The position numbers and the translations under genes are program-made. Below are positions 35,887 through 50,909 of a DNA stretch of 64,000 nucleotides, one piece after another; within the stretch, counting starts at the first letter, position 1, and each line of letters opens with the position of its first letter. Origin of the DNA: Mizuhopecten yessoensis (Eukaryota); NCBI RefSeq assembly GCF_002113885.1, contig NW_018480074.1, positions 434,001 to 498,000 on the forward strand, written 5' to 3'. The notes below the pieces were generated by a model. It saw only the letters and a program-made list of their open reading frames with translations, ran no database searches and was not told the origin of the DNA.

Positions 35887-38800
35887 GAATATCAAATATA
35901 TGACATTTCCAGCTAGACTTCACTCCTTTTTTTGACATGCATATTTGTTTTAGTATGTTTTGGGACATTTTTAACTAAACCATAAATATATTCCATCTCT
36001 GAAATGCCTGCAAATTTCCTGTCTTGTTTTTCAAAATGGTCTTGTTTATGAAGTTTTCAATACTCCCGCAGTACAATTGTCAACATTCCGGCAGACCAAC
36101 AGAACAGGATCACTGCGACATGTCCTCCATGATGTTACCACGAGGTATTATCTAATTATAGTGACAGCTCACAGATTACAGATGCACACCTCGGGGTGTA
36201 ACAGCCAGGTCACATGTATACAGGGTACTGCTATACAAGGTTGTATGACGTTACGTAAAGCGAACCTGTCAAAAAGGGCACCGATAACAAACCGAGATTC
36301 TTGACAGCAGGGGGTGCATATTAAGTGCATAGTAACTGGTATTTAAAACTCTAGCTTTAGAGGTATTTTGACACTTAAAAAGAAATACTTTTAATCATCC
36401 CATGACAGGTATTAAAGTCGTCTCGGGGTTGGGTTACGTCTACCACTTGAAATAGACAACTTACATGAATCAGTTATTTGTTATGTAATTGTGATGGTCT
36501 AATCGTGTATAATAGTGATTATGTGGGTGTGAGGATTGTTTACGTTGTGTTGATTGGAGTATCTTCATTGATGTCTGTTTCAAACAGGATATGATCACCA
36601 GGTTCGAGGCCAATATGGATTAGGTGTTGAGATTGAAGTGATACCACTGATTATTTCTGAATGAGACGGTCAATGGAGTTTTGTTTGGATCACTTTGTTC
36701 ACTGAGGCATCATTTAAAATTGAAGAAATATTCAAATAACTCTAGTGTCTATTTGAGAGGTTTGCTGTGGGTAAATAAATAATGAAATTTTAGTGAATTT
36801 AAATGATTTTTCAGATTTTATCTTCCGAGTCACCTTAGGGTTGTAATACATCAGAATGGTCTAGATCTGTGAAATCTAAAAATGGACATATGTTATGCCC
36901 TGCAGGGAAATAAACTTGAAGATTGAATCTGATTAGTCTGTGAGATTTGTTGGATAAGGGATATGCCCAGTTGGTGATCGCTGGATAAATTCTGACCATG
37001 TTTACTGTCTATCATGGCATTTGAGCGAAGCTATTGGAGGATATATTTAATTTAGGTGTGATCAGTCATGCGTCAGTGAAATATGTACATTGTGATAGAT
37101 CAGTACTTATGTTTTGCCTAGTGTTAGTAGTATAAATCTGGTTATAAAATTGTTATCAAAACTGTTTTAAAACCCATGTGGTACCCCATGTGGTTTTTGT
37201 TTTATTATTGATCATTTAAGTTTATTTTTGTGGCGATGTATTTATACTTAAACAGAGATAATTTCGTTTTATGATAATCATAAAACAGTAGCTATACAAT
37301 CTCATCAAATCATGGAACAAAAATTGAACAGTTGTAAAAAAATTAACTTGCCTTTATCGAAGCATCGCGAAAGATTTTTTTTTTGAATGTTTATTCATTC
37401 TTTTACTAAAATGTGCATGTTTATTGCAGATTGTAAGTAGAACAAATTCTTGCAAATTGTATTACGTGCACAGGTTATCTCCCCTGTTGACACACAGAGA
37501 AAGTGTTTGGCAAAGGCAAAGAATTCATCTTGCGTATATAGCGCCAATAAAATAAATATGTAAACACTTAACTTGGTATTTTCGTTGCTATTTTCTGCAT
37601 AACACGATCATGAACATTTGTTCTTGGAGTTATATAAAGGCTTCTGGCGTGATCAGAAATTTGGATAAGCTGTTTCTGAGGATGATTGATTTGCATATGC
37701 ATTCATATTTTTAGTAAATACTATGCTTGCATTATTTACAAGATAAGCACCATTAACTGTGAGATTTTTGATACAGTATATTAGATATCAGAAACAATGA
37801 TTATTTATGTAGGCAGATGGCCCATGGCCCATGTCATCAATTTTTCATTGTTAATTACTTACTGGGTGAGTATAGAGATACTTGTGGGCTGTTTTTGGCT
37901 TGATTTTATCGTAATTTTATTTCACATTGCCTGCAACAAGAGCATCAGCTAAGCAGGAAAAGTGTTTCTTGATCTGCCAAGGGGAGTTTATACATAGGAT
38001 AGTGTTGCCATTGTGAATTGATTTGAAGCTACATTATTAGTCCAATTTATTTTGGTCTGTTTTCTGCACATTTCCACACTCTTGTCATAAAACTCCCACT
38101 TATATTAGATATATTTGATATTGAAACTTGTTTTAGAATACAATTTTTATCACATTTGATCAAATTTTGTATCAAGCATCCTTCCAACCCCAAGCAAAGA
38201 AGAATTGTGTAACTAAATACAGCTCGCTGAATGACACAAACCCCTTTACAAACTTAGTCGGAGGGAAACAGCCATTGAAGATGTGATATGCCTGTAAACT
38301 AGATAAAGTGAAGACGATTACTTTGTTAATTGAACCTCGGCTTGCCTCCAAGGTCCAGTGATTTCGTATAGCCTGGCTCCCGGGTCGAGTGATGGATGGA
38401 TTTCATTGGGAGGGTCTGACCACTGGGTCTATGATGTATTTATTTGTGTCGCAGCAAGACGCCCTCTCTTTACTCCCGACATATAATTCACCGGCCCTTC
38501 ATTCCAAACCTAAATATCTGTTTGTTGTTGTGTGCCTAATTCTACACACTGTAAATACTCTTCCCTGTCTTTTGTTGTGGTCAATCAGTCTTTTGTCGTC
38601 GAATGACTTCGTCTTCTGCTGCTGGTCGCTCAGTCTTTTGTCGCCCAATGGCTGTCTCTTGTTGCCATCCACTCCTTCTTTTGATGATGATAATGATGAA
38701 AGTCTTAATTCTCTCCTTTTTCACTATTGTTACCTGCCACTCAAAGAATTCCTATCCTCAAGAAACATTTTCATGGCTATCAGACATCTTTATCTTCCTT

Positions 38801-41800
38801 GGATAATTTATGCTGACCTCTGATATGTACAAAATTGATTTTTTTCCGACTTTCTGAACATTTTTAGATTTTGATGCTTTGATCGGGTTTTCATCGAAAT
38901 TTGATATTCTCTTTATTGAAAATGAATGGTGTCTTAGGCACATTAAACTTCTCCGAGGATAATTTACTGTTCAGAATAGTCTATTAAGGTATCAAGGTGA
39001 ATGTCTTTTTGAAGTGACTGTTAATGTAAGATGTTCAATTTCCAATGTGTTAGGGTTAGTTAGTAACAGTGATGACAAATCTATTGATCTTCCTATAGCT
39101 GATGGAATGACTGATCTTGTTTGGCAGTAGTAAAGTAGTGTGGGAAATTTTACCAGGATGTTCACATATAATGCTGTAACGAGAAACTATATATTTGCGG
39201 TTTTCCCACCACGGGTTATATATCTACAACAGTCGTTTATTGACTGGACCTTCCCTGTGTACTGAGACATGGATGATCGTTACATCATTATCACCCAATG
39301 TACCATTATATATCGCAGAGTTCCATCCATGTCACAGTAATGCTTGAATGTCAGAGCAATCACACGGGAGCTTGCATGCATCAGGCCAGGCAGTAAATGT
39401 TGCTCGGTCAGACAGAAGTGAAACGCTTGTGTGATTCAGATCTGTTTTCATTGTTTCTGTGTAGAGCTGCATGAATGGTTATAGATCATGTCAATAATGT
39501 TCTCTGGTCGTAAATTTGTAGGTTCATCTGATGCTCGCTCGGGGACGTGGTATATTGATTGTAATGGTAGAGTAAAGCTCCGCATGATTAGACAATGTGT
39601 TTCCATGACATCTATTTCACGTGATCAGATGATGTTTTTTTGTCTTATCATACTCTTAACTTTCTACGATTGGTAACACAGAAAAGTCTCCGTTAGTATG
39701 CACATCTGCAGCATATTACTGGTACGCTGTACTTCTATCTGAGACAATGTTTAAAGATCCTGTCCTACAAATCAAGACAAAGTTTTCTAGTGAGGTGTTC
39801 ATATATTTTGACACAGAATGCGTCCTTGTCTTTAAATCTTTTATTGTGATGCTACCAAGCTTCATTTGTCATGAACAAATATCAGATAAACTTTTGTCGC
39901 AATGGTTCCCAAGAATAAGAATATTCGGCTCCGAGCCAGAGGACGATCAGATATGTTTGATGGGTCAGTGTGTGTACGCCAGTGTGCTGTGAGACAATGC
40001 GGAGATGGAACATGGGCTGACATGGTGCGTGTCTGGGTCATAACTGCAGTTTCAGCATTAAATGGCTGAGACATCGATGAATCTCTCGTCGTTACACACA
40101 GACTGAGGCTTGCATGCATTGATTCTTCGTATAACAACAGGAAGGAAAAAAATAGAATACACTTTGTTAACAAAACACATGTACAATACTGACCAAGTAT
40201 ACAGGAAAATAAAATGTTTCGTCAGCATATACACTTTCCTTCTCTCTTGACTCAAATGCTTAATGTGTTTATTATATTGTATACTGATTTTCTTCTGCCC
40301 AGTCACCCTTTCGCCCTGTGCCAGTAAAACCCCTATTCACCTAGGTTATTTTTGCCTTCACACATTTACTACATTTATTATCTTGTTTACTATACTCACT
40401 GTAATGATAAATTTGCCCTGATTACAGAAGGTGAAAAACGACGAAAGTTAGCTAAAATTTCCAGGTACACAGTATACCAATACACCTTGGAAATCATAAA
40501 TTTATTTATGTATCTAACCTTTGTAAGGTTTCTATGTGATGAACAAAAGCTAGAAATTTACATGTTTTTGTTTTTTCATGAATATTAATGTTTCATTTGT
40601 TGATCTTCTAATTTTCATAGCTGTTTGACTTTCACGGGCGACAGCTTGGTGATAATTCAGTTGTTAACAACCTTCCCCTGGAGTGTTAAATAAGCCACAC
40701 TACTCATGGTTCTCAATAAGCTGATATAAAATATATTCAACTTAGATAAAAATGGGTATAATTTCTGTGAAACTGTAGAAACAGTAGTATACAGTCACAG
40801 AATGGAGAGATTTATCGTTAATATTAAGCATCCATTTTGAATTTTAAAGTTAAAATAGCTTGCTCACAGAGGTCAGTGACTTCTTTAAGCAGGATGACAC
40901 AAGGTGTCAACAACCCATATATTTATGAGTGTTTTATTGTTTTAAAGGTGACGTATTCTGACAATAATTTTATGATGATGAACAGGACTTGGGTCCGGGA
41001 CCTACAGGTTACTTGGAACATTGATGATCTGAGAGCAGGTGGATTTTTTAAAGGGTGGATAATTTTAAGATAAGACTTAGTAAGAGATTTGGGTGTGAAA
41101 TTTCTGTTTAGACAGATGTTACTTGGAAGTGTAAAAATGTGATACCCTACAAGTGTCATAGCTAACCGGTGACTTTCTAAATTAAAAACAGAACAGGGGA
41201 ACACTATTAAAGATAAGCTGTGATGGGAGAGATATAATCACATGACTCTAGTGTTAGGTATACAGGTGTACCAGCTAGAGGGGGAAAAGTTTATGTTTTA
41301 CTGACCATATAAGACTATAGGTATAATGTGGGGTGTGTGACAAATGGTCGTTAAGTTTGAAGTGCCAGGTGCACGTGGGGGCTGTACAGTAGCATGTGCT
41401 TGTCATAAGCCTGATATTGCTGAATCCTGAAGTTGTGCTATAAGATTTTTGTCTGTATATGTATATTGTCTGTTTGTTGGTCCATATCTGTTCATACATG
41501 ACTACAATTTGCTTGATATTTATAATGATACGATTATTTGTCTGTTTGACCATCTCTACATGTCTATTAAAATTTAAAGAACGTATCATTTCTGAATCTC
41601 AAAGCTGCATCAATATCATTTCTGTCCGACTGTCAGCTTTCCACTTGCTATATGTCCATTTATGTTCTGTGGATTGTGTCGAACGGCAGTGTTAACTAAC
41701 GAAGTACTGGTGTAAGACATTCCCAGGGTCTGTGATGTCATAATGACAGACTCGTAGAAATCAATGACAGGAGACTTGTACGAGACCTTTATCCGACAGA

Positions 41801-41967
41801 GCAGTGAGTGGTTTATAAGATGTCGTTTTCACTGGTTCACCAGAGGACAATTATCACTGCTTTGTTGACAGTACACAAGGTGCTTGAAGGACCTACAGGG
41901 GTGACAAGTGGATTTAGCCAACAGGGGGATGGACAATATAATTATCATTATAACTGGCTAGACCAGA

Positions 41968-42475
41968 GCTGAGACAGAAAAGATGGAAAGGGAGAGAAAT
42001 TGATGGAGAAGGAAATATGGAAGGAAAATAATTAAGAGGGGTAGAGGAAGGAAAAGAGAGACCAATAAATTGGAGCTAAAAGGAAGGTATGATGAAGAGA
42101 TAGGGAGGAATGAGAGGAAAAGAAAGGAATGTTACGCGTCGGGGATGGGGGGTTAAGGGGAGTAAAAAAAGAGAGGACTATAGGTAAGTGTAGGAGGAAA
42201 GAGTACATATGATGAGAAGAAAAGAAAGAGAAGGTAAGATTGTAGGTAGGGGAGTTAGAGGAAGAAAGAAAGAAGATTGTGAGGGGGAGATAGAAAGCCT
42301 GAGGTGCATCAGGGATTGAAAGAGAAAGGAAGAAGGCGTTGGAGGAGATGAAAGATGGACAAAAGGGAGATGAAGGTGATGTAAGAAGAACACAATAGGG
42401 GGAAGCAATGTGGAGATTGGAGGTGAAGTCAGAGGGCAAGGAGGAGATGTGACGGGGAAGAATGAAATAACAAGG
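41968..42475 (+). repeat. ~500-bp purine-rich (GA) low-complexity tract
   Basis: Predominantly G/A on the + strand; produces the Ser/Phe/Leu/Pro-rich minus-strand ORFs. Confidence 0.85.
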
Positions 42476-44724
42476 TCGCCGACCTGTATATACCTGGAAT
42501 GTCAGAGACAGAATGGAGGGCATGAACAATTTAGAATGCTTATACTACATGTCATATTGCCTTAGTATTAAAGTTGGTTAAAATTGCAAATTAAACAAAA
42601 TTCCATTCAAGAAATACCTTTATTACACTTTAATTTTGTCTGCTTATTGTTGCCATTGAATAATTTATAACATGGTGTTTGAAATATGGCAATAACTTTG
42701 ATTTATAACATGTCCTGAAATGTTTAAAATACACATTGTAACATGTAGTTTCTGGAGATGTCAAAGTCTTTCTGCATAGAGGTATACACTTTACCTGTAT
42801 CAAACCTGCACACCTATATTTGGATTAGACAGGTAAACATATGCACTGATGTTAACATCAATCACTGGTAATGTGAAAAGGGGATGAATTTCATGGCTTA
42901 CTAACATTTCCACAAAATATGTGAAATTCTTGACACAGGAAACTGAAAATGAATACAGATGTAGAAGGTTAATTTCTGGCTGTAGAGGGAAGTTGGAGGG
43001 AGATCTAGGTATGATAGATTGATTTACACAAGTGTTTTGATTTTAACTGCTTATTAAAGTGATGGAATGTTAACAAATGTTGAGTGATGCAGATTTAATT
43101 TTGCCTCAGCCCATAATATTCCAAGATGCAAACATTTATATCTTGCAAGGCCTTCGGTATGATCTTGGTGAAACAAGACATCATATTTGAAATTATGGAA
43201 AATGGTTTGTGACCCCCACCTTGTTACTTGGATCGCTTTCATTTATTGCATTCCAAACGGTTGAACTGGTTAGACCAGAAATGTTAATTTATGAAATAGG
43301 GATGGACCAAGTCATTTGATGTTGTTTTCTGGTGAGGCTTGGCAAAGACATTCACGGTCTGCATGAACATTTGCATGTCCTTCAGATTTTACCCCTGAAA
43401 TGACTCATAAACGAACAGTCATGAAAGAAATTATATAAGCATAGCTATGGTTTCTTCTATAATTGTGGATGTCAGTGTGTCAGAGTTTTTGTCTTCTTAA
43501 TAAAACACTGGCTTGGCCTCAGGTGAAGAGTCACAGAACTTGATTATGACATTGAACAAGTTCGGAAATAGAGGCGTGTAGGAAATTGGAATCTCTTAAG
43601 AAATGACAGTTCATATGAAATTGGGGATTGGTGTTAGGAATTGAAACTTAGTAATGGGTGTCAAATTTCTTATAATTATATATAATGATGCTGTTGATTC
43701 ATCTTTTGCATAGTGTTTGATTATTTAACACCTGCCATAAGGTCGTTACAGGTGATACAGGTGGACGGGTATGACTTCAGGTAAGATGTACCTTACTGAG
43801 GTCCCTTCGTAGTTATAACACTGCACAAAAAACGACTTCTTCCTGTGATTGAGTCGTAACAGCTGGTAAATAGGAAACAGCGATGACTGAAATATAAAAT
43901 TGATGACTAAATCTTCATGAATACAGCTCTATAAATACCTGTAACAAAGCACTGCATTATAGACCAATAAATATTTACTCCTTCGTCATTATAAATCTTG
44001 ATTTAGTTTAATAAAGTGTTTAAGATTTTTAACTTCGCATTTTCAACTTTGTTGTAAGGTGAGTGATATGCAATCAAAACATTGAAGTGATTTTGATTGT
44101 TGAAGCTTCAATGATGAATGTGACATTTCTTAGAGACATTGATTTCAGAATATAAATTCTGTTTCGTGTATCGCAAAACAAAGTGTAGCCGAAGTACATT
44201 GGGTTGAGAGGCGAGGTAGCCATATTGTGATGGGCTAAGCTGGACACCCTGAGGTACTCCAGTGACTCGGGTTAAGTCTACATAATGAGGACTGTTCTAG
44301 ATGTTGGTGAATCATAGATGTTTTCATTCACCAGCCACGAGTGTAGCAGTGTGCTATTGATTATTTCTTTAGATTTTTTCCCCATTAACCATTTTGTTTC
44401 TTGTTTGACTACATTAACAGTAACTGGTGGTACCACTGTTGTAATAGTAGTCTATGGTCGGTTTAAAATCCTCCTCAATATTTTACAGATGAATATTGTC
44501 ATACAGGATTAATTTTGGAACAAGCCCCTGTCCTTCTTTAATTTCTGCAAACCTCCTTAGGTTATCATGGGAAAAATCTATAGATTTCAGTGTAAAATAC
44601 AAAATAAGCCTGAGGTCTGCTGTCTGTTTTCATGAGGTCGGTTTAGCTTTCAAGTTATTTCTGCTTGATAAGCAGTTTATGTATTTGTCCAGTATTGTTT
44701 TAGTTGTCTCCGTATTCAAGTGAG

Positions 44725-45030
44725 GAAAACATCTTTAAGTCTCAATATTGTTGAGTTATGGAGTATGCTATAGTAAAACGTCTTTAAGTCTGTATTTGGG
44801 CAAGTTATAGAGTACGCTATGTTGAAACATTTGTAAGTCTGCGTTTGGGTGTGTATAGTAAAGCATCTAGAAGTCTGCATTCAGCCAAGTTACGGAGAAG
44901 GCTACAGAAAAACATTTGAAAGTCTGCATTTGGGTGAGTTTGGGATTATGCAAGGGTTATATAAAAAATGTCTGTGGATTTGCATTTTGGATGTAGGTGA
45001 GTTATGGAGACTGCATTTGAGTAATTTATG
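44725..45030. repeat. Decayed minisatellite (~47-bp period)
   Basis: aaacatct.taagtctgcatttgggYRagttatggag-like motif about 6 times. Confidence 0.6.
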
Positions 45031-48000
45031 TAGAACGATACGGTACAATGTCTGCATTGTACATCTCAGCAGTAATAGTAGGGTGCATGGTGCAGGATTT
45101 ACGACAAGAGGTGTGGTGATGTGTGAACGGTGCAGTTGTCAGCTTCCTGCTTTCTGTTTCCAATACAATTCCACTTCAGACAATACAGGCCTATGTAAAA
45201 ATGGCAGAAATTGATTTCTAGATAGTGCAGAACTGATTCTGACTAGCCAAGCCTGTTTGTATAGAAGATATTGATTTAAACTCGGTGCAAAAATTAGATT
45301 TTATCTTCAATATGTTCTATTTTGACAAAGAATTTTTCCAAGGCTGACAGAACACATCTAGGAGAAATTTGGACAGAATTGCTTTTGTATAAGAATTGAT
45401 TTGAACAATCAAAAGACAGATTTAAGATGAACCATGTGTTTTCAGAGGCAAATAAATTTGTATATACCATTCATTTATTAAATTTTTTACAGTTTAAGGT
45501 GAATTGGCCACTTCCTTGTATACAGATTTTTTAGCTGTACATATTTTTCTTTGAGTGACTTGAACTAAGTGTATGTTTCAAACTTAAGCTTCAAACCTTA
45601 ATTGTAAAGTGAAAGAATTTTATGAAATCACATATGGAACATTTATTTTGACAATATGATGCTCACGATGGCTAATAAAATAAATCTTGTCATTTAGATA
45701 AAATAAGTATTACACATTGGACTACAGATATCTACCATGGAGAGTGTCGCTGTGAATGGGAGCAGATATAGATAGGTAGGCCTTGAAGACAGATGCTCCT
45801 ACTTCTACACAACAGCTGGGCTTAGCTTCAGAGGCTGCAAGGCAAATAAACACAGGATGTCTGTTCAGTAAACAAAAGTTCAGAAACACATATTGTAATG
45901 TGATGAAATTGATTGATGATCATATGTCCAATTATTTCATCCCCTGGGTTTATGTGAAAATTGAATTGAAAGGAAAACTGACAGTTTAGACTTTGAGACA
46001 TTTTGTAACTCCTACACTGCTGACATATTTGGAGCATTCTTTCCAAGTTTTAGTCAACGTGAATTTTAGTTTACACAATGTGAGACGAAAAAAATAAAAT
46101 TCTGCATTATGTAATACAACACGATGGATAACATGTTGCTGATTGCTTTGGAGTGAAAACTGTAATCTTGAAAGCAGATTCTGATGTAATTTTAAAGGGG
46201 CTAGGGCCCTGATAATCACTGATTATTTATTGTCAAGTTGTTAAAGTCTTCAGGCTGTTTGTCTCAAAGCCGAACAATCTTATCGGCATTTTCTGAAAGA
46301 CACATGCGTCTTGTGTATACTTCCTAACTACAGATGCATGCTGTCGTGCGTCACACTAGCATGTGCCTGTAGAGATGTTCTGCTGTAAAGTAGCTAAAAT
46401 GTGACAATTATATCTATTTCTCGGGTGTAGTCTGGCTCATTTGAAAGCGTCACACCCCTAATAGCTACAGATAGTCTTATGCAATAATGCGAAACATCTG
46501 GACTTTTTTGACTCAATTTGACATTAGCCATGGTAACAGCAGAGAGCACCCCCCCNCATTGCTTACAGGAAATGCATTTATTTCACTGAGGGGTTGCGAA
46601 TTTGAGGGGGAGAAATTAGAGGATGATTTACATGCCAATTTTTATCTCTGATTCAATTGGGTTATCTGATATTGTTGAGTTATGTTTTAGCTGCACTGAT
46701 ATTCCCATGATGTCTAACTGCTAGAGAATTGGACTGGAGTTTCCCGCCCTATTTGCCATTTCTGGTACAGAACCCCCCAGGTGTTATCTCTGTCATGTAA
46801 CAAGCTATTCTTATCACCCCTTGTTTATATATATTAACAAATTAAACAGCTGGCATCATACATACGGTTGAATAGAAAAAAATCCCCAGGCCCCTGTTCC
46901 AGAAAAGAACCAAGTCTAATTAACCTTTGAACTCTAAAACAAGATTGACATATGTAATTGAAGATATTGAGGGCCATTGTGGACATTGTCTTTCTGAATT
47001 TTGTTTGTTAGGTAATACTACCTAGGTCCTGTGGTATGGACTTGCTCTGGTTAATTTGTGGAATATGAAGTACATGTAGACTTGAACATCATCTGTCATG
47101 ATCTGTTATAGAGATGTTCTGGCGTAGTGGCCCTGTGATATTACAGCCAGTTATCTGCCTGTGATCTGTAGCTGACATCCATCACGACATTGTTACCAAC
47201 CATTTATCACTATCCATAAACGCAATATGTAACCATTCATAATACCATCTAAACAATGACACTGACCTGTTTGTTTTTGACCAGGTGTTTCGAATGGCAC
47301 AGGAACGCACAGTACCTCAAACAAAACAAAACATTGCAAGAATTTGTGTTTACAGCTATTGTACATGTCAGTCTTATAACAAAAATATGAATTTTTTAAA
47401 ATACTTAAAAAAAAAAAGCGCTGGAATGTTCAGTGAATTTTAAAGTTGAATTCAGGGCTGTTAGAAAAATTGTTAGAAAGATTTTAGATTTGGAACACTG
47501 AAATTTTAGCTTTAACTTAGATACGTATGCATGTTGATTATTTTATTGTTGAACAAGGTCTTATACAAATGTTGCTGGGTAGAGCAACCTTATTGTGAAA
47601 CATGACGTGTGATGGATGTCGGGCCTACATATCCTTAATCACGGAAGTACAAAAAAGCTGCATGAGCAGGTGTCAAATCTGACCATCAGTATACCTGATA
47701 TAGATGTCTGTAGCCAGGTCTGGGCAGACATATTGATGTATGAGGGGGCTGTCTCAAACAATGATTCTGCACCAGGGGGATCATCTCAAAGTAGTTTTTG
47801 TCAAATCATCTTCAGTTTTGACTGAATGGTACCCTTTGTTCCACAAGATCTGTAGAGATTTGTTTGCCATGTTTTAGCTTGTTGGGCTAACTTTAACCTA
47901 CCCATTAGAATAATTGTGTTTGTGACAACCTATTGTTGACCTGGCCACTAGATGTCACACCATCATCTAATCAAATATCATACATGTCACTGATGGATCA

Positions 48001-50741
48001 GTTCTGTGTCACTTACAGGTTTGATCCTGGTTAGGGGGTGTTTGTATGTCTGGGATAGGTGTAACCTTTGACTGTAAACATGCCAGACCTCTGTGACTGG
48101 CTGGTGCCAATGGTCCGATACTGATGTATACACTTACCTGTGATTTTGTACAGGTGTAAGGGCCTGTACTTGGTACAGGTGTTAAGTGTATATATAGTGC
48201 TCCCCCCTATTGTAATCTGTGTGAACTATATGTTTCTGTCGTGTCTGATAGAAAAATGTGCCTTCTAAGAAATCATAATGTTACAAGAATTTGGGATTTT
48301 TTCTGTAAACTGAATGGGAATTTAACCGTGCTGTATAAGTGATTATAGGGTTTAGGAATTTATAGGGTATAGAAAATGAAATTTCTGCAATCGAGTGCTA
48401 CAAAGTGAAAGTGACATATAGGTTTCATTCTTTGGCAAAATTCCTTGGAAATTAACATTTAAACTCATTTGTCCAGACACTTTGGTTTGAAATATTAGAA
48501 ACATTTATTGGGAAATTGTTTGTAAATTTTCAAACCTGTATATAACTGTTGATATATATGAATGAGCCGTTGAGACCGATCACGTTATATGGTGTGGTCA
48601 GTCATGTTTGTCTATAAAGGTCAGAGGTCTTTTAATAGGAACCGGTTTATTTGTCTACATTTGGCTTCTTATAGACTTTTGTAAATTAAGCCTTATACAA
48701 TCATAGAAAGTCAAATGGTTGCAAGTCTTCTCATTTGATTGGTCAACATTTTAAATGGGGCTTACAAATACATCAAATATGGATGTTTACCGTGACAGTA
48801 AAGTTGATTGGCCATTCAGAATGGCCACAGATTGAACTCAACATGCAACAGTGACTTGTCAATTACTGGTTACCAAGTCATTTCCGTATCTATTCGTTTG
48901 CAGACCATTTAATTGCTAAAAGGATTTTCTAAAAATAAGCTTTCAGTATGTGTGGGCCTGTTATATTTATTGGTGTACTAGAAATGACCTATCTTGTATA
49001 CTTGTTACGATTTTTTAAATCAGATGTGTGGTTATTCACATGTGAGATTTGAACCGTGGACATGAATTTTCATGAGCCTATTTGTATGATGTGAAAGACA
49101 TGTACACATGTTTCTTTCATTGTGTACACTTTCGATTTATGATGGAGGAAATTTTCTTTCATAAATTTGACCTTTGGGGATATAAAATGCCTCCTCTTTC
49201 ATTGAATTTATTTGAACCAAATCTAATCTTGTATGTTTTTATAAAGGTAACAGAGTTTGTTTATTCAAAGCATGGTTAGTTTCCTGAGTTTTCATTAAAA
49301 TTAATTTCAATCAAATATCTTAAGTCAAATTTTAATTTTAAGTTAAAAAATATGGAGATTAATTTTGTTTACATGAAAAAAGTGTGAAGATCAGAAGCCA
49401 ATTTGTGTGAAAAGTAGAAAAAAACAACTAATTGTAAACAATTCCAAAACCTGTAATATCAATGGGTGAATTTTTATGGACTATGCAGATTTATGGTAGT
49501 ATTGCTTAAATATATACACTTATTCTATACATACCCAGGTCAAGAATAGACTTTTGTGACAGTGTCTTTATATCTGTATTAAAACATTATTCGATTGGTC
49601 TAGTATTTTATGTTTGCTCAATCTACCTGTACGTTCGTTCGTTTACTTTTTTGCACACCTGAGAAAAGATTAAGGTATGCCTGGCTGACTACTATGTATC
49701 ACCAGTGTTGGCTGTTTATGGTAGGGTTTTCTTATGAACACTTCAACAAGTTAGACTTAAATTCATAATAAACTGTGTAAGTGTGGAGATTCAAAAATTT
49801 CTATTTTCTGATGAGAAAATGTCATGTGTAAAATATTGAAGAAATTAAATACAAAATTCTGTAGTGTGTATTTATCATCCTGACTGTAAAATATGAATTA
49901 AGTAAAATAAATTTTATACAAAATGACATACTACAGGTTTACAATCTCTCCCTTTGTGTACAGTCAAGCATTTTGTTCCTTTAAAATCATGAAAAACAAC
50001 AAGTGATATTTGCCTTTCCTTGAATATTCATGAAATTGTGGCATAGTCCTGTTTTTAGGACTGTTTTGATGAGTCAACATTTGGATGAAAGGTGTTTGTC
50101 CAAGTTGGATGCCATGGTCATCTTTTCAATTGATTACTCAACTTTTTACAGCCGCACTTGTGTATTCCTTGAGGAATTTGTCTTATAGGTATAACCCACA
50201 ACTTCACTGAAGACTCTTTGTGCAGACATTAGAACTCTCACTCCCTGTCTTATATAAATTTCAGTTTGATAACATGTGATAATTCTTGTTGGGTCAAAAT
50301 TTTCTTGAATGTTAATGTTGACAAATGTTCTAAATCTACTTACAGCTGACATGAACATTCCAGTACATGTATTTCATGAGGTCTAGGTCCATTTGCATTT
50401 GTAACAGAAAGGTTTTACCAATTGTGTAGTGTCAGCTGATAATTTCATCAACATTTATTTGCTGCGAGACCAAATTGAGTGATCACTATATATCCTCAAG
50501 GTTTATTGTATAGAAGCCATTCCAATATTGTCAAAGCCCACCATCTTTATAGGGCACATATGTGGAATAAATCCGGAAATAGTTTTCCAGCTTTGCACAG
50601 AAATCTTGATTTCCCTGGATGGACATTTGAATCTGGTTTTATTTGAGATTTGTGAGATAAATGGTCCTGAGTGAGAATATGTCACCAGCACTTTAAGTAC
50701 ATTGCTGAAGTGAGATTAGTGACATAAAAAGTGGAGAGAAT

Positions 50742-50909
50742 ATATATTATGGAAAAATTGTTATAAATTTAGTTTACGAAAATAAAAATAAAAAATAAAA
50801 AAAAGGTATAAGACAAGGGGGCTTAAATATATTATGGAAAAATTGTTATAAATTTAGTTTACGAAAATAAAAATAAAATTAAAAAAAAGGTATAAGACAA
50901 GGGGGCTTA
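50742..50909. repeat. ~84-bp tandem duplication
   Basis: atatattatggaaaaattgttataaatttagtttacgaaaat...ggtataagacaagggggctta occurs twice. Confidence 0.92.

Noticed and set aside
38389-38823. 144-aa + strand ORF and other 60-120 aa ORFs in the track
   Set aside because: No recognisable motifs, mostly non-ATG starts, and consistent with random ORFs in intronic DNA.
42032-42529. 165-aa and 76-aa minus-strand ORFs
   Set aside because: Low-complexity pyrimidine strand of the GA tract, which lacks stop codons by composition.
46551-46560. Single N base
   Set aside because: Assembly ambiguity next to a C run, not a biological feature.
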